DNA of 64,000 nt from Gemmatimonadales bacterium (GTDB taxonomy: Bacteria; Gemmatimonadota; Gemmatimonadetes; Gemmatimonadales; GWC2-71-9). The position numbers and the translations under genes are program-made. The stretch spans positions 1,418-65,417 of the forward strand of contig JBDTTA010000001.1 in assembly GCA_039930845.1 (NCBI GenBank). The letters run 5' to 3'. The notes under the pieces are model-generated. The model worked only from the letters and a program-made list of their open reading frames with translations, did not search any database and was not told the origin of the DNA. Positions 56,332 to 64,000 of the stretch are shown piece by piece (within the stretch, counting starts at the first letter, position 1; each line of letters begins with the position of its first letter).

Positions 56332-58238
56332 GACTGCCGGCCCTGCCGTCGCGCCGAATCCGCCGCCGCCTGGACCGCGGCTGAGTCCGGGTCGAGCTCC
56401 ACCGGGCGTGGCGCGCTGTCCTGCACGGCGGCCGTCTCATCGAGGAGAACCTTGACCTTGATGGCGCCGGCGGTATCGGGGCCGAGGATGTAGCGACGGA
56501 GCGCTTGCACGACGTAGGGCGCCGCCACCGTGCCATGCTTTGCAAATTCCATGATGGCGCCCACGACCAGCTCAGGTTTTTCCGCGGGCGCGAAGCCGAT
56601 GAACCACCCATGGTCCTCGCCGTGGGGGTTTTGCGCGGTGCCCGTCTTGCCGGCAACTGCCAGGTCGGCGTGGCGGCTTCGCGACGCTGTGCCGTGCTCC
56701 ACGACGGCAATCAGCGCGGCCCGGAGCCCATCGAGCTGCTCGGCGCTCAGCCCGAGGGAGCGGGGCTTCGACGGGGCCGGCCGAACCAGGTACGGCGACG
56801 CCGCATTGCCATCGCCGGCCAGTCCCTCGTAGAAGCGCATCATGTTGATGAGCGTCTGGGTGTTCTCCCCCTGGCCGATGGAGAAGTTGAGCGTGGTGGC
56901 CGGGGGGCTCCATCGGCGGGGGCCGTACAGCCGGTCGAAATACGCGGTGGACGAGGGGTAGATGGGATCGACCTCGTTCTCGAGATCGATGCCGCTCTTG
57001 TCCTTGAAGCCCATCAGGACGCCGTCCTGGATGATGGCGTTGAGGCCCAGCCGAAGCCCGAGCTGGTAGAAATAGACATCACAGCTCGCGGCGACGGCGC
57101 CGACGAGATCGAGTGAGCCGTGACCTTCCTTTTTCCAGCAGCGGAAGACACGGTTGCCGAGCCTGAGACCGCCGCGACAGGGCTGAGGCATGTGCGTGTC
57201 GAGTCCGATGAGCCCCCGCTTCAGCGCCATCGCCGAGATCGCCAGCTTGAACGGCGAGGCCGGCGGATACCGGGCCTGGATCACACGGTTGAGCAGTGGG
57301 CGCGCCGAGTCGGTGTTGAGCGCCCGCCATTCGCCGCTCGAAATGCCGCCGACGAAATCGTTCGGATTGTAGGTAGGCGATGAATAGAGCGCGCGGACCT
57401 TTCCGTCGGGGGTCATCGCGACGAGCGCCCCGCGGATGCCCGCCGGCCAGATGCTGTCCACGTAGCGCTGCAGATCGAGATCGATCGTGGTCTCGATGGG
57501 CTTTCCCGGGGTGGGCAGCAGCGAGGCGGCGGCCGCCTCTTCGCGAACGAGCCGGCCCCGGGCGTTGACCTCGATGTAGCGCACCCCTTCGACGCCGCGA
57601 AGGGTGTCGTCGTATTCCTTTTCGAGCCCTGCCTTGCCGACGATAGAGCCGAGCCCGGCGCCGGGGTAGCGGTTGGAGGCCAGGTCCTGCTCGGTGACTT
57701 CGGAGACATACCCGACGAGGTGCGCCACCGCCTTGCCGGCGGGGTAGAGCCGCTTCGGCTCCGCCTGGATGACGAGGCCCGGCAGGACAAATCGATGTTC
57801 CTCGAGGCGGGCGACTGTCTCGAACGCGGCGTCCCCGAAGACGAGGGCGGGCTGGTAGCGCGCCTGGGCAAACCTGCGGACGACGTCTTCGACGTCGCTG
57901 GTGTCGAGTGGAACAAACCGCTCCATCCGCACCAGCACGGCGCGGAGCGAATCGGCTGATGGCGCGAGGAGCTTGACGGAGTAGCCGGGAACGTTTTCGG
58001 CGATGATCTTGCCGCGACGATCATAGATGGCGCCCCGGGGCGCGGTTACGCCGATAGGCCGAAGCCGGTTGGTCTCGGCCTTGAGCTGGAACTTTTCATG
58101 CTGGAGTATTTGCGTCCGGAAGAAGGCCCCGGTGAGCACGAGAAAGGCGATGACCAGGATCCACTGCGCCACCTCCGCTCGTTCCCGCAGCCGATAGGAA
58201 TCGAATCCGTTCATGCGTCGAGCCTGAAGGAGAACCAT
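56328..58238 (-). CDS. mrdA: Penicillin-binding protein 2 (elongasome transpeptidase)
   Basis: 636 aa. N-terminal TM helix. SxxK (PASPFK), SxN and KTGT (GKTGTAQ) motifs. Sits between mreD and rodA. Confidence 0.9.
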   Translation of the reverse strand: MVLLQARRMNGFDSYRLRERAEVAQWILVIAFLVLTGAFFRTQILQHEKFQLKAETNRLRPIGVTAPRGAIYDRRGKIIAENVPGYSVKLLAPSADSLRAVLVRMERFVPLDTSDVEDVVRRFAQARYQPALVFGDAAFETVARLEEHRFVLPGLVIQAEPKRLYPAGKAVAHLVGYVSEVTEQDLASNRYPGAGLGSIVGKAGLEKEYDDTLRGVEGVRYIEVNARGRLVREEAAAASLLPTPGKPIETTIDLDLQRYVDSIWPAGIRGALVAMTPDGKVRALYSSPTYNPNDFVGGISSGEWRALNTDSARPLLNRVIQARYPPASPFKLAISAMALKRGLIGLDTHMPQPCRGGLRLGNRVFRCWKKEGHGSLDLVGAVAASCDVYFYQLGLRLGLNAIIQDGVLMGFKDKSGIDLENEVDPIYPSSTAYFDRLYGPRRWSPPATTLNFSIGQGENTQTLINMMRFYEGLAGDGNAASPYLVRPAPSKPRSLGLSAEQLDGLRAALIAVVEHGTASRSRHADLAVAGKTGTAQNPHGEDHGWFIGFAPAEKPELVVGAIMEFAKHGTVAAPYVVQALRRYILGPDTAGAIKVKVLLDETAAVQDSAPRPVELDPDSAAVQAAADSARRQGRQS

Positions 58239-58708
58239 TGCCGGGAGGCGAGGAGCACCAGCAGCGCAAAGGCGGCAGTGGCCAGTGCCTCGAGCGGGCT
58301 ATAGACGGTGAGCTCCGTGAAGAGGGGCCGATCCCCCGCCCCGCTCAGCAGCAGCATGAGGAGATCGCGCACCCAGAGCCCCACCCCAACGAATGCCGCG
58401 TTGACCAGAATGTTCTCAGCGAAGAATCCCGCCCTGGCCCACGATGCGAAGTACGCGACGAGCGTGTGGGCCAGCATGCCCGCCCCGAACCGGGCCGGCG
58501 TGAGGGCGTCGCTCGCCAGGCCCACGAGAAAGCCGGCGACCGCCGCGACGCCGGGGCTGCTCCGGAGGGCGAACAACATGAGACCGAGAAAGACGAAGTC
58601 GGGACTCACTCGCGGACCCCAGAGGCGTGGCCGCACGTAGAACTGCAGCACGACCAGCAGCAGCAGGACGAGCGCGACCTGAACGCGGTTGGCGCGCGTC
58701 GGCATCAT
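58211..58708 (-). CDS. mreD: Rod shape-determining protein MreD
   Basis: Internal ATG 58708 (ATGA overlap with the mreC stop). 165-aa polytopic membrane protein in the canonical position. The ORF-track N-terminal extension overlaps mreC. Confidence 0.7.
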   Translation of the reverse strand: MMPTRANRVQVALVLLLLVVLQFYVRPRLWGPRVSPDFVFLGLMLFALRSSPGVAAVAGFLVGLASDALTPARFGAGMLAHTLVAYFASWARAGFFAENILVNAAFVGVGLWVRDLLMLLLSGAGDRPLFTELTVYSPLEALATAAFALLVLLASRQWFSFRLDA

Positions 58709-59673
58709 CTCGCGGAGTCCACACGCGAGGAGTCGGACGCACGGCGTCTGGCCGTCGCCGCCTCCCGCGCGGCCTGCGCGAGCGAGTCGAGGCGCCGGGC
58801 ACGGAGCAGGGAATCGAGCCGCTGCGCCTTGAGCAGGGAGTCGCTCGGGAAGGCGGCGGCGAGATCGGATGACGGTGGTGCAACCAGGATCAGCACGTGG
58901 CCAACGGAGCCGGGGTTTGCCGCGGGCAAGAGCCGGTACACTCGCTCCCACCCTGCCTGCTCACGGACCAGGCCGGTGACGGTGCCGACCGGGATGCCTT
59001 TCGGATAGACGCCGCCGAGGCCGGACGAAAGCACGAGCGAACCGGCGGGCACCGAGTCGCGATACGGCACGCCCCTGAACTCGAGCGCCCCTTCCCCGCT
59101 CCCTTCGAAGAGCGATGGTGCAACGACGCCCGCCGCATTTCCGGTCACGGTAAAGGCGCTGACCCTGAATTCGGGATGTGCCCAGGTCATGGCGATGCTG
59201 GTGCGCTGCGCCGTGCTCAGGACGACGCCGATCAATCCCTCGGGCGCCACCACCGGATCGAACGGCGCGACGCCCCGGCTCGAGCCGGCGCTCAGGAGCA
59301 GTGTCCGGCCATCGGTAGCCTGCGACTGGTGCAGCACTTCGGCGGCCACATAGGCGCTGGACAGTCGCCGGCTCAGCGCGAGAAGCTGCCGGAGCCGCTC
59401 GTTCTCGGCGAGCAGCGATGGGAGTCCCTGCGCGAGATAGGATGAGGAGTCCCGCTGAGCGGTGATTTCCCGAAGCCGCTCACGGCTCGTCCGGCCCTCT
59501 TCGGCGCGCACCTGCAGCCAGACGAGTGGCGCCAATATGGTTTCGCGGAGAGTGTCGGCCACGGAGAGCCCGATCCCCATCGGCGCCACCAGCCCGACGA
59601 CGGAGAGCGCAAGGCAGACGAGGAGCATCACGGTGTCCCGGCGCGTGTAGGTACGATCCGACGCGCTGGCCAT
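58705..59673 (-). CDS. mreC: Rod shape-determining protein MreC
   Basis: 322 aa: N-terminal TM helix, a coiled coil with LLAENERLR, then a beta-rich core (G..VVT.GL.G.YP.G.PVG.V). Confidence 0.85.
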   Translation of the reverse strand: MASASDRTYTRRDTVMLLVCLALSVVGLVAPMGIGLSVADTLRETILAPLVWLQVRAEEGRTSRERLREITAQRDSSSYLAQGLPSLLAENERLRQLLALSRRLSSAYVAAEVLHQSQATDGRTLLLSAGSSRGVAPFDPVVAPEGLIGVVLSTAQRTSIAMTWAHPEFRVSAFTVTGNAAGVVAPSLFEGSGEGALEFRGVPYRDSVPAGSLVLSSGLGGVYPKGIPVGTVTGLVREQAGWERVYRLLPAANPGSVGHVLILVAPPSSDLAAAFPSDSLLKAQRLDSLLRARRLDSLAQAAREAATARRRASDSSRVDSAR

Positions 59674-59675
59674 GC

Positions 59676-60713
59676 TCAGACGGACAGAACGCTGCGGTAT
59701 TTCTCGTAATCGTCGAGGATGCGACCCGTGCCCCGCACGACGCAGGTGAGCGGGTCCTCGTCCACGTGGATCGGCAGGCCGGTTTCCTGGGCCAGCAGGA
59801 TGTCGAGGCCCCGGATGAGCGCACCACCGCCGGTCATCACGATGCCCCGGTCGACGATATCGCTGGCGAGCTCGGGGGGCGTGATCTCGAGAGCCCGGCG
59901 GACCGCGTCGACGATCTGCTGAATCGGCTCCTGCACCGCCTCGCGGATTTCTGCGGAGTGCACCCGAACCGTCTTGGGAATGCCCGAGACGAGGTCCCGA
60001 CCCTTTACTTCCATTTCACGCTCGTCGCCGGTGGGCGCCGCCGACCCGATCTTGATCTTGATCATCTCCGCGGTGGGCTCGCCGACGAGGAGGTTGTAAT
60101 TCTTCCGCATGAACTGGACAATGGCCTGGTCGAGCTCGTCGCCGCCGGTGCGGATCGACGTATCGGACACGATGCCGGAGAGCGCGATGACGGCGATCTC
60201 GGTGGTGCCCCCGCCGATGTCGATGACCATGTTGCCCGTGGGCGTCTCGACCGGGAGGCCGACGCCGATCGCCGCCGCCATCGGCTCCGCCACCATGAGC
60301 ACCTGCTTGGCGCCCGCGGTTTCCGCGGAATCGCGCACGGCGCGGCGCTCGACCTCGGTGATGCCCGATGGCACGCAGACGATGACCTTGGGCTTCACGC
60401 GGAAGACGTGCTTGTCGATGATCGTCTTGAGGAAGTAGCGGAGCATCTTCTCGGTCACGTCGAAGTCGGCGATGACGCCGTCCTTGAGCGGCCGCACCGC
60501 GAGGATGCCCTCGGGGGTGCGACCGAGCATCCGCTTGGCCTCGAGACCGATGCCCTTGATCTTGCCGGTGCTCTTCTCGATGGCCACGACGGAAGGCTCG
60601 TTCAGGACGATGCCTTCGCCCTTCACGTAGATCAGCGTGTTGGCCGTGCCGAGATCCACCGCAATTTCGTTGGCGGGGAGCCAGGAGGTCAGATTCAATG
60701 CCGGAAATTTCAT
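59676..60713 (-). CDS. mreB: Rod shape-determining actin homologue MreB
   Basis: [27 protein letters not shown]...DIGGGTTE...[13 protein letters not shown] 60713 gives an N-terminus of normal length. The ORF-track GTG 60740 adds 9 aa. Confidence 0.95.
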   Translation of the reverse strand: MKFPALNLTSWLPANEIAVDLGTANTLIYVKGEGIVLNEPSVVAIEKSTGKIKGIGLEAKRMLGRTPEGILAVRPLKDGVIADFDVTEKMLRYFLKTIIDKHVFRVKPKVIVCVPSGITEVERRAVRDSAETAGAKQVLMVAEPMAAAIGVGLPVETPTGNMVIDIGGGTTEIAVIALSGIVSDTSIRTGGDELDQAIVQFMRKNYNLLVGEPTAEMIKIKIGSAAPTGDEREMEVKGRDLVSGIPKTVRVHSAEIREAVQEPIQQIVDAVRRALEITPPELASDIVDRGIVMTGGGALIRGLDILLAQETGLPIHVDEDPLTCVVRGTGRILDDYEKYRSVLSV

Positions 60714-60781
60714 CAGGTGACCGCGCGACGCATGGGACACAAGGTAAATGGGGGCTATGGTATCGGGAAGCCGCTGTTGCG

Positions 60782-61219
60782 CTACTGTCCCGTGCTGCCG
60801 AACCCGCCGGCGCCGCGCGCCGTCTCGGGCAAACGATCGACCGGCTGGAAGGTCACCCGTTCCACCCGGGCGATGATCATCTGCGCGATCCGCATCCCTC
60901 TCGTGATCTCGAACGGCTCGGTGCCGAGGTTCACCATCGGGATCATCACCTCGCCGCGATAGTCGCTGTCAATCGTTGCGGGCGAGTTTGGCAGGGTGAT
61001 GCCGTGACGCAACGCCAGTCCCGAGCGCGGCCTGATCTGGCATTCGAAGCCCTGGGGCACCGCGATGGCAAAACCGGTCCGGAAGAGCCGTCGCTCGAGT
61101 GGCGCGAGCACCCCGTTGTCGGCGCTGACCACGTCGTACCCCGCGGCCCCGGGCGTCGCCAGCCTCGGCAGCGGCAGGCCTTCGGCGTGTGGCAGCCTCG
61201 CCACCAGAACCTCGGTCAT
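60782..61219 (-). CDS. dut: dUTP diphosphatase
   Basis: Internal ATG 61219, 146 aa: AAGYD......IRPRSGLA...G......IDSDYRGE......GFGSTG. Confidence 0.9.
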   Translation of the reverse strand: MTEVLVARLPHAEGLPLPRLATPGAAGYDVVSADNGVLAPLERRLFRTGFAIAVPQGFECQIRPRSGLALRHGITLPNSPATIDSDYRGEVMIPMVNLGTEPFEITRGMRIAQMIIARVERVTFQPVDRLPETARGAGGFGSTGQ

Positions 61220-61232
61220 CGAACGACGGGGG

Positions 61233-62345
61233 TCACAGTACCGTGGCGACGTCGACCAGCGGGAGCCGGAAGGCCTCGGCAACCCCCGGGTAGACGACCT
61301 TCCCCTCGACCACGTTGAGCCCGAGGCGCAGCGCGGAGTCGGCCTTGCACGCCGCACGCCACCCCTGGCGGGCGAGCTTAAGTGCGTACGGGAGCGTGGC
61401 ATTGGTCAGGGCAAGGGTCGAGGTGCGGGGAACGCCACCGGGCATATTGGCGACGGCGTAGTGCAGAATACCATCGACAAAGTAGGTAGGGTTTTCGTGC
61501 GTGGTCGGCTTGATGGTCTCGACGCACCCGCCCTGGTCCACCGCGACGTCCACGATGACGGAGCCCGGCTTCATGACCTTGAGATCGGGGCGCTTGACGA
61601 GGTGCGGCGCCTTGGCGCCGGGGAGGAGGACTGCCCCGATGACCAGGTCGGCCCGGCGAATGGCGTCGAGGATGTTATGGCGGTTGGAGTAGGCGGTATC
61701 GACATTGGCCGGAAGGACGTCGTCGAGATAGCGGAGCCGGTCGAGCGAGATGTCGAGGATGATCACGTGCGCGCCCAGGCCCGCGGCCATCTTCGCCGCG
61801 TTGATGCCGACGACGCCGCCGCCGATGATCACGACCTCGCCGGGCGCCACTCCCGGAACGCCTCCGAGCAGGACGCCGCTGCCGCCGAAGACCTTCTCCA
61901 GATACTTGGCCCCCTCCTGTACCGCCATCCGGCCCGCCACCTCGGACATCGGCGTGAGGAGCGGCAGCTCGCCACTGGACAACTGCACCGTCTCGTACGC
62001 CACCGCGACCACGCCGGACGCGATGACCGCACGGGTGAGCTCCTCCGCCGCGGCAAAGTGGAAGTAGGTGTAGACCACCTGCCCCTTCCGCATCCGTGGC
62101 CACTCGACCGCGATCGGCTCCTTCACCTTCATGATCATCTCGGCGCGCTGCCAGACCTCGTCGGCCGTCGCCACGATGGCGGCACCGACGCCCTCATAGG
62201 CCGCGTCGGGAAACCCGCTGCCGAGCCCGGCGCCCTGCTCGACCAGGACCGCGTGGCCTGCGGCGGTGAGCGCCTCGGCGCCCGCCGGGACGAGGGCGAT
62301 CCTGTTCTCGTTGGTCTTGATCTCCCTGGGAACGCCGATGAGCAT
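61233..62345 (-). CDS. ald: Alanine dehydrogenase
   Basis: 370 aa: [16 protein letters not shown]......[24 protein letters not shown] Shine-Dalgarno 6 nt upstream. Confidence 0.95.
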   Translation of the reverse strand: MLIGVPREIKTNENRIALVPAGAEALTAAGHAVLVEQGAGLGSGFPDAAYEGVGAAIVATADEVWQRAEMIMKVKEPIAVEWPRMRKGQVVYTYFHFAAAEELTRAVIASGVVAVAYETVQLSSGELPLLTPMSEVAGRMAVQEGAKYLEKVFGGSGVLLGGVPGVAPGEVVIIGGGVVGINAAKMAAGLGAHVIILDISLDRLRYLDDVLPANVDTAYSNRHNILDAIRRADLVIGAVLLPGAKAPHLVKRPDLKVMKPGSVIVDVAVDQGGCVETIKPTTHENPTYFVDGILHYAVANMPGGVPRTSTLALTNATLPYALKLARQGWRAACKADSALRLGLNVVEGKVVYPGVAEAFRLPLVDVATVL

Positions 62346-62369
62346 GGTGCCTCGATCAGTAAGAGTCGT

Positions 62370-62451
62370 AAAAGGAGAAAGGAGAAAGGAGGAAGGAAAA
62401 AGGAGGGGGGCGCGTTCAGCTCCCTTCTCCCTTCCCCTTTCCCTCTTCTCC
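62370..62451. repeat. 41-nt homopurine run / 9-nt spacer / 32-nt homopyrimidine run (inverted arrangement)
   Basis: 62370-62410 is entirely A/G. 62411-62419 is CGCGTTCAG and contains the M16 peptidase stop. 62420-62451 is entirely C/T and encodes the ...EEGKGKGEGS tail on the minus strand. Confidence 0.8.
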
Positions 62452-63705
62452 GCTGTCTGGCCCCAGCCTCATCACCGTCTGCCTCGCGGACGGGAAAAAC
62501 TCCGCCGCCACCTCGCGAACGGCGGCGGGCGTGACGGCGTCGATCTCGGCCAGCACGTCACCGATGGGACGGTAGTGCTCATCGTGCAGCTCGAACCCCG
62601 CGAGCCGGCCCATGCGCGCCGCCGGACTCTCGAGCGAGAGCACTACCTGCCCCTTGAGCTGCTGCTTCCCATCGGCCAGCTCGTCATCGGGAAGGCCTTC
62701 GCCGGCCAGGCGGTCGTACTCCGCTTCGATGGCCGCCACGGCGGCGTCCGCGGTGCCGGGCTGCGTGCCGATGTAGGAGCCGAGCTGTCCTGAGCTGCGA
62801 TGGAAGTGATTGTACGCGAAGATGGCGTAGGCGAGCCCCATCTCCTCGCGCACCCGCTGAAACAGCCGGCTGGACATCCCGCCGCCGAACACATTTGTGA
62901 GAATCGCGAGCGTGAAGCGGCGGGGATCCCGCAGCGGAAAGGTGTCGGTCCCGAAGACGATGTGGGTCTGCGCCGTGTCGCGCACCTCGCTCTGGCGGCT
63001 GCCGCGCACCGCCGGCGACGGCTCCACCGGCGGCCTCGCCGCCTCGCGCCCCTGCCCGTCGAACCATCCTTCACGACCGAGCGCGTCGAGCAGGCGCGCG
63101 TGTTCGAGGTTTCCGGCCGCGGCGATCACGATGTTCCCGCGATGGTAGCCGTCCTGGTGGAGGCATCGGAGATCGCCGGCGGAGAGGGCCGCCAGCGTCG
63201 CGGATGTTCCGAGGATCGAATAGCCGTAAGGATGGTTGGGCCACATGGCCGCGGAGTGCAGCTCGAAGACGAGATCGTCGGGCGTGTCCGCGACGCCGTT
63301 GATTTCTTCGAGAATGACGTTCCGCTCGGGCTCGAGATCGCTTTCGCGGAGCAGCGGTCGCCGGACCAGATCGGTGAGGATGTCCACGGCGACGGGAACA
63401 TCGTCGTCGAGAATGTGCGCCTGATAGCTGGTGTAGTCGCGGCCGGTGAACGCGTCGAGACTGCCGCCGCGGACTTCGAGCTCGAGCGCGAGCTGCCGGG
63501 CCGACCGCCGCTCGGTACCCTTGAACACCATGTGCTCGAGCAGGTGGGAGATGCCCATCTGCGCGGGGCGCTCGTGCGCACTGGCCGTGCGCACGTAGAC
63601 ACCCACGGCCGCCGAGCGAACGCCCGGCAGCAGTTCGCTGAGGACGGTCAGTCCGTTCGGCGCCGTGGTGCGGAAGAGTCCTTGGTCGAGGCGAACGGTG
63701 TCCAC
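62416..63705 (-). CDS. M16-family (insulinase/pitrilysin-like) zinc peptidase
   Basis: 429 aa with the inverted zinc motif HLLEHMVFKGT and downstream E. GTG start. Sits immediately after pnp. Confidence 0.85.
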   Translation of the reverse strand: MDTVRLDQGLFRTTAPNGLTVLSELLPGVRSAAVGVYVRTASAHERPAQMGISHLLEHMVFKGTERRSARQLALELEVRGGSLDAFTGRDYTSYQAHILDDDVPVAVDILTDLVRRPLLRESDLEPERNVILEEINGVADTPDDLVFELHSAAMWPNHPYGYSILGTSATLAALSAGDLRCLHQDGYHRGNIVIAAAGNLEHARLLDALGREGWFDGQGREAARPPVEPSPAVRGSRQSEVRDTAQTHIVFGTDTFPLRDPRRFTLAILTNVFGGGMSSRLFQRVREEMGLAYAIFAYNHFHRSSGQLGSYIGTQPGTADAAVAAIEAEYDRLAGEGLPDDELADGKQQLKGQVVLSLESPAARMGRLAGFELHDEHYRPIGDVLAEIDAVTPAAVREVAAEFFPSARQTVMRLGPDSGEEGKGKGEGS

Positions 63706-63711
63706 GACGGC

Positions 63712-64000
63712 CTACTCCTTCGGAATCAGCGCCTTCCGGGAGAGTTTCATCCGCCCGCGATCGTCCACCTCGAGCAGCTTGACCTGGACGATATCGCCCT
63801 TCTTGACGACGTCTTCCGTTTTCTCGGTGCGGCCGTGCTGCAGCTCGCTGATGTGCAGGAGGCCTTCGACTCCCGGAAGGATCTCGACGAAGGCACCGAA
63901 GGCGGTGGTGCTCTTGACCGGTCCTTCGTAGGTGCGGCCCACCTCGGGCTCGGTGGTGATGGCGGCAACCATTGCCCGGGCCTTCTCACCCGCCTCGCCG
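63712..64000 (-). CDS. pnp: Polyribonucleotide nucleotidyltransferase (PNPase), C-terminal S1 domain only; gene continues beyond 64000
   Basis: ...GRTYEGPVKSTTAFGAFVEILPGVEGLLHISEL......GD.V.VKLLEVDDRGR.KLSRKA, the S1 RNA-binding domain at the PNPase C-terminus. Confidence 0.85.
   Translation of the reverse strand, partial: GEAGEKARAMVAAITTEPEVGRTYEGPVKSTTAFGAFVEILPGVEGLLHISELQHGRTEKTEDVVKKGDIVQVKLLEVDDRGRMKLSRKALIPKE

Noticed and set aside
1-64000. CRISPR arrays, tRNA/rRNA genes, insertion sequences, toxin-antitoxin or known defence-system genes.
   Set aside because: No spaced identical repeats, cloverleaf-type tRNA ends (other than the tmRNA), transposase/integrase-like ORFs or nuclease/ATPase defence signatures were seen. 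Every sizeable ORF I accept is accounted for by the annotated genes.

Overview
This is a very GC-rich, gene-dense bacterial chromosomal segment. I call about 58 CDS and one tmRNA. I see no rRNA, tRNA, CRISPR array, transposase, integrase or phage genes. Almost all genes sit in four long same-strand blocks whose genes mostly overlap by 1-26 nt (ATGA/GTGA type), so non-coding DNA is scarce. (1) 1-8190 holds a compact serine-cycle-type cluster: sga-mcl-mtkA-mtkB-hprA-ppc, with divergent glycerate kinase. (2) 8194-21575 holds folK-panBC and a tryptophan operon. In this operon trpB and trpA are separated by a HEAT-repeat protein and an HD-GYP phosphodiesterase. trpA is coupled to a multi-TM/GAF/MCP-type sensor, and lexA lies on the opposite strand between trpD and trpC. 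(3) 21705-37129 is a 14-gene plus-strand purine super-operon. It also carries truA, an HtrA-type protease, psd-pssA, a small zinc-ribbon ORF and ppdK. (4) 38991-64000 holds dus-larB-corA-diguanylate cyclase. After a short plus-strand group (secreted propeller protein, ptsN-like, GWxTD-like), it continues with a long minus-strand housekeeping block: pnp, M16 peptidase, ald, dut, mreBCD-mrdA-rodA, accD, folC, hisS, proS, lysA, guaA. The few intergenic spacers contain the non-genic signals: a tmRNA with its terminator, candidate sigma70-like promoters, phased short repeats, a G-quadruplex motif and a homopurine/homopyrimidine inverted repeat. The most interesting items are the serine-cycle cluster and the c-di-GMP/chemoreceptor-type signalling genes wired into the trp operon. 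Everything rests on reading the sequence and translations by eye and on recalled family motifs. No database search was run. Taxonomy cannot be assigned with confidence; a GWxTD-like protein hints at Gemmatimonadota or a related lineage.
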